This document shows positions 56,986-64,000 of a stretch of 64,000 nucleotides of DNA, in pieces. Origin of the DNA: an uncultured virus (IMG/VR IMGVR_UViG_3300027798_000043) (Duplodnaviria > Heunggongvirae > Uroviricota > Caudoviricetes > Crassvirales). Each line of letters begins with the position of its first letter. Positions within the stretch are counted from its first letter, which is position 1. The translations under genes and the position numbers were made by a program. A model generated the notes under the pieces. The model had not been told where the DNA came from. It ran no database searches and saw only the letters and a program-made list of their open reading frames with translations. The stretch lies in the IMG/VR virus record IMGVR_UViG_3300027798_000043. The stretch is one strand, 5' to 3'.

Positions 56986-57258
56986 ATGGCAAAAACAGCA
57001 GCATGGACTAGAAAAGAAGGCAAGGATCCTAAAGGAGGATTAAACGCAAAAGGGGTTGCTTCATATAGAAGAGAAAACCCAGGATCTAAATTACAAACTG
57101 CGGTTACTAAAAAACCATCGGAATTAAAAGCAGGTAGCAAAGACGCGAAGAGACGTAAATCTTTTTGTGCAAGAATGTCTGGTATGCCTGGACCAATGAA
57201 AAAACCAAACGGAGAATCAACAAGAAAAAAACTCGCATTAGACAAATGGAATTGTTAG
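56986..57258 (+). CDS. Small basic conserved phage protein (DUF6321-like)
   Basis: AWTRKEGK.PKGGLNAKG..SY...NPGS.L...RRKSFCARM.G. Confidence 0.7.
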   Translation: MAKTAAWTRKEGKDPKGGLNAKGVASYRRENPGSKLQTAVTKKPSELKAGSKDAKRRKSFCARMSGMPGPMKKPNGESTRKKLALDKWNC

Positions 57259-57268
57259 TAAAAAAAAT

Positions 57269-58630
57269 ATGGCTATAATATATTCATACCCGGTAAGAAT
57301 ACCTGACCCACAAGATCTTTTAATAGGAACAGAAATGGCCGAGCCAGGAATCGAGGGCGTTCCTAGAACCAGAACATTTACAATCGCATCGGTAACAGCA
57401 TTAAGCGTGGCAACCGCGGTAATACAAGCGGCGGAAGCGGCAACGTTACTATATGCCACAATAGGATCCGTTGATTTAAAAGCTAATATTGCCTCTCCTG
57501 CATTTGTGGGAACAGTAACAACTAATTCAGATGCTGTAATAAATGGAGTAAAAATAGGCAAAGGCGGAGGAAATATTGCTCAAAATACTGCTATTGGTAC
57601 AAATGCTTTAAATTCTAACGCAACAGGAAATTATAATACAGCGGTTGGAAACAATACTTTAACTTTAAGTACGGCAAATGGTAGCGTAGCAGTTGGTTAT
57701 GAATCTTTAAGAGTTAATACAACTGGTGCTGACAACGTTGCTTTAGGAACTTTCGTATTAACCTCTAACTCAACAGGAAATTATAATACAGCAACTGGGA
57801 ATGGGGCTTTAAGAGATAATACAACAGGAAGTTATAATACGGCAAATGGATTAAATTCTTTAAGATTAAATACAACAGGTGAAGATAATACAGCATTTGG
57901 AGTTCAAACTTTATATAGTAATACGACAGGGGGTAGCAATGTAGCTATTGGAGAAAATTCTTTATATTATAATACAACAGGAATTCATAATACTGGTATT
58001 GGGACTGGGGCTTTAAATGCAAATACAACAGGAAGCCTTAACACTGGCATTGGGACTGGTGCTTTAAATGGAAATACAACATTTTCTAACGTATCTGGAT
58101 TAGGTAATGACAGTCAAATAACAAATAATCATCAAGTTCAATTAGGAAATTCAATAACTACGACATACGTTTATGGAACAGTTCAAAATCGTTCTGATTT
58201 ACGTGATAAAGCCGATGTAAGAGATACAGTTTTAGGATTAGATTTTATATCTAAATTAAGACCTGTTGATTATAAATGGGATATGCGTGAAGATTACAAA
58301 GCAGAAGCCCCAACTCAATTAAATAAAGACGCAACTGAAGAAGAAAAAGAAGCGTATAAAATAGTTATGGATGCTTGGTTGGAATCTGTTAAATTGGATA
58401 ATCTAACCCACGATGGCACTAATAAAAGAAGTAGATACCATCACGGTTTAATTGCGCAAGAAGTTAAAGAAATAATAGAAGAAACTGGAGTTGATTTTGG
58501 CGGATTCCAAGACCATAAAATTTCACAAGGACAAGATGTTTTATCAATTGGTTATGATGAACTTATCGCGCCTATGATTAAAGCTATACAAGAATTAAAA
58601 GCTGAAATTGAATTATTAAAATCAACATAA
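57269..58630 (+). CDS. Tail fibre with 14-aa repeats and C-terminal S74 intramolecular chaperone
   Basis: Repeats NT(T)G..NTA.G..(A/S)L..; RSDLRDKADV, KLRPVDYKW, HGLIAQEV, YDELIAPMIKAIQEL. Confidence 0.85.
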   Translation: MAIIYSYPVRIPDPQDLLIGTEMAEPGIEGVPRTRTFTIASVTALSVATAVIQAAEAATLLYATIGSVDLKANIASPAFVGTVTTNSDAVINGVKIGKGGGNIAQNTAIGTNALNSNATGNYNTAVGNNTLTLSTANGSVAVGYESLRVNTTGADNVALGTFVLTSNSTGNYNTATGNGALRDNTTGSYNTANGLNSLRLNTTGEDNTAFGVQTLYSNTTGGSNVAIGENSLYYNTTGIHNTGIGTGALNANTTGSLNTGIGTGALNGNTTFSNVSGLGNDSQITNNHQVQLGNSITTTYVYGTVQNRSDLRDKADVRDTVLGLDFISKLRPVDYKWDMREDYKAEAPTQLNKDATEEEKEAYKIVMDAWLESVKLDNLTHDGTNKRSRYHHGLIAQEVKEIIEETGVDFGGFQDHKISQGQDVLSIGYDELIAPMIKAIQELKAEIELLKST

Positions 58631-58634
58631 AAAA

Positions 58635-61600
58635 ATGGCTATAATATATTCATACCCAATAAACGATGACATACAGCCATCTGACGAGCTAGTAGGTACT
58701 ACGAAGATAATCTCTAATGGTAAACTAAAAACTGTTACTAGAAATTTTCTATTACAAGATTTGGCGGAATTTTTTACACTTAATGGTGACTTTCAGAAAA
58801 AAATAACATTAACTACACTCGAGACAAGCGGCCCTGCTACACTAGATGAGGAAAATGGTGTACTTAATATACCCCAATATTCAGGAGGTGGTGCTACTAA
58901 TTTAGGGTATACACCAAGTCCAACAAATGGAATAGTAACAAGTGACACAGGTGAAGATGCAACTTTACCTTTAGCTGATGGCACAAACGCAGGTTTATTA
59001 ACTCCTGCTGAAAAGACTAAAATATCAAATTCAGTCCCATATACAGGAGCAGTATCTGATGTAAATTTAGGAGAGTTTGGTATTCAATTAGGGAATTTAG
59101 AATTCGATAATTCACCTACTAGTGTACCAACTACTGCTGGTTCTATGTGTTACAATGATACAGATGGAACATTAGATTTAAAATTAAAAGGCGGTAATGT
59201 TACTTTACAAATAGGGCAAGAACAAGTTATAAGGGTTGTTAATAAAACGGCTACAAATATAGACTTACTAGAATCTAATTACCAAGCAGTAAGAGTGACA
59301 GGTGCTCAAGGTCAAAGAATGAAAGTTGATCTAGCACAAGCTACTAGTGATGTTTTAAGTGCCGAAACAATAGGATTAGTTACTGAAACAATAGTTAATA
59401 ATCAAGAAGGATTTATAACTACAAGTGGATTAGTTAGAAATATTAATACAACAGGTTCTTTGCAGTCAGAAATGTGGTTAGATGGGGACATTTTATATTT
59501 ATCTCCAACAGTTGCAGGTCAAATTACAAAAGTAAAACCAACTGCTCCAAATCATTTAATCATAATTGGTTATGTAGTTCACGCTCATATAACACAAGGA
59601 ACTATATTTGTCAAAGTAGATAATGGTTATGAGTTAGATGAATTACACAATGTAAAGATAACAACTGCTGCAAATAATAATGTTCTAGCTTATACTTCTG
59701 CAACTGATATTTGGGAGAACAAAACAGTTGCAACTGTATTAGGATTTACTCCAGCAAATGATTCAAATAAACAAAACTCACTAACAATAGACGGCACAGG
59801 AACTAAGTTTCCTACAGTCGATGCTGTTAATGCAGGACTAATTAGTTCTCAATACTGGACAAAAACAGGAGACGATATAAGGAATAATAACATAGGTCAT
59901 ACTCAAGTAAAAATGGTGTCTGGCAAGCAATTACAATTTCTTAACTCAGCAAATACATTAGTTGGCTTTATAAATGAATTTGGCGTAGCTAATTTTGGAA
60001 GTATTGCAGCAGTAAACAGTTTAGTTACTATAGGGCCTATTGGCTCTAATATTCAGCTGAAACTAGAAAGGTCACAAGCGAGCTTTACCATGATTATAGG
60101 CAACCCAAATGTTGGTGTTGTACAACCATTTACACAGACATCCACTAATTTCTTTGGTACTTCTTACGTGGCTGGTAGTGCTGAAGCTTCAGCAACAGCA
60201 GCTGCAGAACACTCATTTAATATTGGAAATTCTATTGGAAATGGAATTACTTCAGGTATATTTAGAATAGGTAGGACTAGACTGCAATCAACCGTACCAA
60301 TTAAATATGCTTCTGATTTATCTTTAAGCTATGACGATAGAACATTAATAGACAAAGGTTATTTAACCACTAGTTTAAGTACAAAAGAAAATTCATTAGG
60401 TAACCCGCTAGTTGATGGCTATGTATTGTCTTCAACAACTTTAGGCGTTAGAAGTTGGATAGCGATGACAGGAGGTGGTGTAACTCCTACTTTACAACAA
60501 GTTACAACGGCAGGTAGGACTACTAGTATCCCGGTGATTATAAGCGTAGCTTCTACAAATATTGGATTAGATGTAACATCAGTAAGCAATTCAGCTATTT
60601 ATGCAAGTTCTTCTTCAGCTCAAGGAATAATTGGGTACTCTAATACCGGCATTGGGATAGTAGCTGAAACAGGAACAGGCATAGGATTGCAAGTAAACGG
60701 CGATGGTTCAATTGCAATAGAAACCAATTTACAAAATTCTAATAAAGGATTAGTTATAAATAGTTTAACAGCATCAACAGGTAACTTTATAGATTTAAAC
60801 AAGAACGGGGTCAATAAACTAACAGTAAACCAAGCAGGGGAACTAACTGCTACTAAATTAATTAAATCAGGAGGATTGGCAACACAATACCTTATGGCTG
60901 ACGGCTCAACCTCAACAGGGAGTGGAGGTTCTGTATCACTATCAGCGATAGGAACAACACCTAATGCAAATGCAGCAACGTTAACTGGAAGTGTTTTAAA
61001 CTTAGAACCAGCATCAGCTTCTTTTGGTGGTGTTGTTACAACTGGAGTACAGACATTCGCAGGAGCAAAAACATTTACCACCTCAATGAATGCTACAGTT
61101 TCAACTGGCGATGCTATAACAGGAACTAATACAACTACAGGAACTGGTGTAACTGGAAATTCAGAAGATGGAGCTGGTGTTTATGCGACATCTGTAGGAG
61201 GCGATGGTATTCAAACGTTTTCAGAAGACAGTGCAGGTATTTATTCTTCTTCGGTAAACAGTGTTTCCGCTATATTTAATACCAATAGCGCGGCAAGTAA
61301 TATAGTTGAATTTAAAAAGAATAGTGTTAATCAAGCGTTTGTAGCTAATGATGGTAAGATAACTGCAAATTCATTTATAAAATCAGGTGGATCTCCCTCT
61401 CAGTATTTAATGGCTGATGGTTCTACTACTACAGGGAGTGGAGGTTCTGTCTCACTCTCAGCGATAGGAACAACACCTAACGCTAACGCCGCTACAATAA
61501 CCGGCTCTGTTTTAAATCTACAACCAGCGTCAGCTTCTTTTGGTGGAGTTGTCACAACGGGTACACAGACATTTGCTGGAAACAAAAATTTTATAGGAAC

Positions 61601-62603
61601 AGTAGATATTAACTTGTCGGCAAACGCTTTAAAAATTACCTCTGACCAAGGTATTGCGCTAGATGTTGTAGGAGGTAATAACACTGCTTCAATAGCTAAA
61701 TTTACAAGAGTAATAGGAAGTGTAGAAGTAGCTAGGATTGACAATAATGGTTTAAAATTGCAATTAGAAACAGCATCTACAATAGCTTCATTTGATGCTA
61801 ATAAAAATGTAGTTAGCTTACCACTTGCAACATATCCAAGTTTGTCAGAACTAATTAATGTAAAAAACGTTACAAGCCCGATTCAAGATCAATTTAGTGG
61901 AAAACAAAACACATTAGTTTCAGCTACAAATATTAAAACAATAAATGGAAATAGTTTATTAGGTAGCGGTGATTTAGTTGTGTCGGGTGGTGGAGTTGCA
62001 CCACAAACAGGAACAATAATTGTAACAAGCGGGACAACATTTACTGTACCGACAGGTGTCGGAATAACTACATCTACCATATTTAATATTGAACTTGTTG
62101 GTGGTGGTGGTGGAGCTGGTTCAGTGTTAGCAACTGCTGGAGCATCAGGTTCAGGTGGAGGAGGAGGTGGATATTGTTTTAAAACAGTCACAGGGCTTTC
62201 ACCTGGTAACTATACTTGTGCTATTGGAGTAGGAGGGGCGCAAATTACGGCTGGTACAGATACAACATTTACTATATTGGGGTTTGATTTGTTAGCAAAT
62301 GGTGGTGGTGGTGGTGTTAATGCTATAAGTAGCAATGGTGGAGCGGGTGGTGGCGCTTCAGATGGAGATATAAATATTGCAGGTCAATCAGGGGATGATA
62401 GCACAACAGCATCCGCAGCAGTTCCATCTGCAAGAGGTGGTTCAAGTCCTAAAGGTTGGGGTGTTGGTGGTGCTGGAGTTAGAAACACACTTGCAGGAAA
62501 GCCTGGGAATGGTTATGGCGCAGGTGGCGGCGCGGGTAAACAAAATGCCACCGCTGGTACTGGAAGTAACGGAATTATATTTGCTCAATGGTTTAATCAA
62601 TAA
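58635..62603 (+). CDS. Long tail fibre/spike protein with glycine-rich C-terminus
   Basis: Shared MAIIYSYP anchor, TLQQVT, IKSGG..QYLMADGS duplicated block, NIKTING.SLLGSGD, GGGGG-rich tip. Confidence 0.8.
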   Translation: MAIIYSYPINDDIQPSDELVGTTKIISNGKLKTVTRNFLLQDLAEFFTLNGDFQKKITLTTLETSGPATLDEENGVLNIPQYSGGGATNLGYTPSPTNGIVTSDTGEDATLPLADGTNAGLLTPAEKTKISNSVPYTGAVSDVNLGEFGIQLGNLEFDNSPTSVPTTAGSMCYNDTDGTLDLKLKGGNVTLQIGQEQVIRVVNKTATNIDLLESNYQAVRVTGAQGQRMKVDLAQATSDVLSAETIGLVTETIVNNQEGFITTSGLVRNINTTGSLQSEMWLDGDILYLSPTVAGQITKVKPTAPNHLIIIGYVVHAHITQGTIFVKVDNGYELDELHNVKITTAANNNVLAYTSATDIWENKTVATVLGFTPANDSNKQNSLTIDGTGTKFPTVDAVNAGLISSQYWTKTGDDIRNNNIGHTQVKMVSGKQLQFLNSANTLVGFINEFGVANFGSIAAVNSLVTIGPIGSNIQLKLERSQASFTMIIGNPNVGVVQPFTQTSTNFFGTSYVAGSAEASATAAAEHSFNIGNSIGNGITSGIFRIGRTRLQSTVPIKYASDLSLSYDDRTLIDKGYLTTSLSTKENSLGNPLVDGYVLSSTTLGVRSWIAMTGGGVTPTLQQVTTAGRTTSIPVIISVASTNIGLDVTSVSNSAIYASSSSAQGIIGYSNTGIGIVAETGTGIGLQVNGDGSIAIETNLQNSNKGLVINSLTASTGNFIDLNKNGVNKLTVNQAGELTATKLIKSGGLATQYLMADGSTSTGSGGSVSLSAIGTTPNANAATLTGSVLNLEPASASFGGVVTTGVQTFAGAKTFTTSMNATVSTGDAITGTNTTTGTGVTGNSEDGAGVYATSVGGDGIQTFSEDSAGIYSSSVNSVSAIFNTNSAASNIVEFKKNSVNQAFVANDGKITANSFIKSGGSPSQYLMADGSTTTGSGGSVSLSAIGTTPNANAATITGSVLNLQPASASFGGVVTTGTQTFAGNKNFIGTVDINLSANALKITSDQGIALDVVGGNNTASIAKFTRVIGSVEVARIDNNGLKLQLETASTIASFDANKNVVSLPLATYPSLSELINVKNVTSPIQDQFSGKQNTLVSATNIKTINGNSLLGSGDLVVSGGGVAPQTGTIIVTSGTTFTVPTGVGITTSTIFNIELVGGGGGAGSVLATAGASGSGGGGGGYCFKTVTGLSPGNYTCAIGVGGAQITAGTDTTFTILGFDLLANGGGGGVNAISSNGGAGGGASDGDINIAGQSGDDSTTASAAVPSARGGSSPKGWGVGGAGVRNTLAGKPGNGYGAGGGAGKQNATAGTGSNGIIFAQWFNQ
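60861..61592 (+). repeat. Internal ~72-aa duplication in tail fibre
   Basis: 60861-61076 vs 61377-61592 (offset 516 nt), near-identical protein with diverged codons. Confidence 0.85.
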
Positions 62604-62615
62604 ATAAAAATAAAA

Positions 62616-63047
62616 ATGGTACAAACAAAACAACCAATATTTTACGAAAAAAGGGGCGACAGACAGTCGATAGTTATATTAGAAATAGATTCTTACGTAG
62701 TTGACAAAAAAGGGTATTTATTAACGGTCAAAGACTATGTTTTTATTGACGGATTTAAAGTATGCCACGACACTAAAATAGTAAGATATTTAAACAGTCA
62801 AATAGACCAATTGTCTGATTATATTGACGTTAATTTTGATTTATCGGGATTATCAAAAACGGTTAAAGATTTAAAGAAAATTCAAATTGGGTTGCTAATA
62901 GATACAACAACAAATCTACTGCCAACAGGGAAAACTATTTACAGATTAGAGCCGATTGATTGGGAGATAACTCCTGACCCTATTGTAGAAGAACCTGTAG
63001 TTGAAGAACCCGTTATTGAAGAACCCGTTATTGAAGAACCAATATAA
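62616..63047 (+). CDS. Hypothetical protein, possible fibre assembly factor
   Basis: Follows fibre gene; C-terminal (V/I)EEP(V/I) repeats from a 15-bp tandem repeat. Confidence 0.6.
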   Translation: MVQTKQPIFYEKRGDRQSIVILEIDSYVVDKKGYLLTVKDYVFIDGFKVCHDTKIVRYLNSQIDQLSDYIDVNFDLSGLSKTVKDLKKIQIGLLIDTTTNLLPTGKTIYRLEPIDWEITPDPIVEEPVVEEPVIEEPVIEEPI

Positions 63048-63049
63048 TA

Positions 63050-63376
63050 ATGATAAACTTTCTATTATTCATAACGGCTTATGTTTTATACCTGCCATTA
63101 TCTTTTATTAATTGGTTTGTTGTAGATAATAAATGTGGGTATTTTTTAAGCAGTGCAATCAACTTAGATAAATTTGCAAATAGGGAGTTTAGGACATTAT
63201 GGAATAAAACGCTAAGAACCGACAAAGGATATAAGTTTGGAAACATTGAAGAGACTATTTCAAGTGCTTTAGGTAAAAATGAAAGAGATGGAACGCTCAC
63301 AAAAGCAGGTAAAACATTAGTTTGGATTTTGGATAAATTTGATAATAACCACGTAAAAAAATCAATAAATGAGTAG
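63050..63376 (+). CDS. Hypothetical membrane-anchored protein
   Basis: N-terminal hydrophobic segment; A.NLDKFAN, FGN.EETISSALGK, IL..FD.NH. Confidence 0.65.
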   Translation: MINFLLFITAYVLYLPLSFINWFVVDNKCGYFLSSAINLDKFANREFRTLWNKTLRTDKGYKFGNIEETISSALGKNERDGTLTKAGKTLVWILDKFDNNHVKKSINE

Positions 63377-63551
63377 ACAAGAATTAGATATAATATTAAA
63401 TAAATTCATATCAAGAAAATTAATGGTTTTTGTAGTGGCGTGTACTGGTTTGTTTACTGGTAATATAACGTCAACTGACTGGGTTATAATAGCGACAGCT
63501 TATATTAGTATTCAAGGATTCACAGATACAATATTAAAGATTAAAAACTAA
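63369..63551 (+). CDS. Putative holin-like membrane protein
   Basis: 60 aa, SRKL followed by two hydrophobic helices. Confidence 0.55.
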   Translation: MSRQELDIILNKFISRKLMVFVVACTGLFTGNITSTDWVIIATAYISIQGFTDTILKIKN

Positions 63552-63742
63552 TGGATCAATGTTCTATTCGCTTATATGCATTAAATGCACTAACCTTGAT
63601 AATAAGTTTCACAAACTTGGAAATAGTATTGAAAATTATATTATTGATTATGTCAATAACATATACATGTATGAAAATATATGACTGGATAAATATTAAA
63701 TTAAAAAATAAACATGAAAATAACAATAAAGAGACTTTATAA
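63551..63742 (+). CDS. Putative holin-like membrane protein
   Basis: 63 aa, hydrophobic helices, basic tail, overlaps next gene. Confidence 0.55.
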   Translation: MDQCSIRLYALNALTLIISFTNLEIVLKIILLIMSITYTCMKIYDWINIKLKNKHENNNKETL

Positions 63743-64000
63743 AACAGAAAAGTCCACCATAGGCGAAATGACTATAGATGGTAAATGGGAATGTTATACA
63801 CTAGAAGATATAGAAAGAGATGTTAAGATCAAATCTGAAACAGCTATTCCTAAAGGAACATATAAAGTCATAATAAATCAATCTAATAGATTTAAAAAGT
63901 TGTTACCTTTGTTATTAAATGTACCTAATTTCGAAGGAATACGGATACATCCAGGTAACACAAATCACGATACTGAAGGTTGTATATTGGTAGGTAAAAC
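63714..64000 (+). CDS. DUF5675-like putative endolysin (3'-truncated by window)
   Basis: MKITIKR....STIG...DG...CYTLED...ETAIPKGTY...VPNFEGIRIHPGNT..DTEGCILVG (His/Cys motif). Confidence 0.75.
   Translation, partial: MKITIKRLYKTEKSTIGEMTIDGKWECYTLEDIERDVKIKSETAIPKGTYKVIINQSNRFKKLLPLLLNVPNFEGIRIHPGNTNHDTEGCILVGK

Noticed and set aside
60861..61592. Diversity-generating retroelement TR/VR pair
   Set aside because: Both copies are in-frame within one gene, differences are mostly synonymous rather than A-specific, and no reverse transcriptase is seen
1..64000. Prophage or stop-codon reassignment
   Set aside because: No integrase, repressor cassette or host flanks recognised; genes are intact and densely packed under code 11 with TAA, TAG and TGA all used as stops

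Overview
Most of a lytic-looking, AT-rich podovirus-type phage genome, probably infecting Bacteroidota (Flavobacteriaceae-like: A-rich, SD-less start contexts such as AAACAACTATG). The + strand 1-31.3 kb carries GroEL/GroES, terminase, portal, scaffold, capsid, tail ring/nozzle and ejection proteins, including a 2827-aa multidomain protein. The - strand 31.4-55.3 kb carries RNR, ThyA, primase-helicase, SSB, exonuclease/ERF recombinase, a sigma factor and many short early ORFs. The + strand 55.9-64 kb carries small basic proteins, two tail fibres and lysis genes. The most unusual signals are: (1) a giant virion protein organised as cassettes between [FL]S[KL] linkers (HExxH peptidase, sigma-70 region-2-like segment, HAD phosphatase with an inserted ART-like domain); (2) 14 fixed-spacing copies of a non-canonical promoter-like motif in front of early genes; (3) 17 perfect copies of the 10-mer TGCTATACAC forming a density gradient toward the strand switch, many inside codons; (4) three 11-bp-arm/22-bp-spacer inverted repeats, one overlapping the start of an HTH gene; (5) two GC-rich structured non-coding regions; (6) one attC-like gene cassette. 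All protein calls come from motif recognition by eye; no database search was run.
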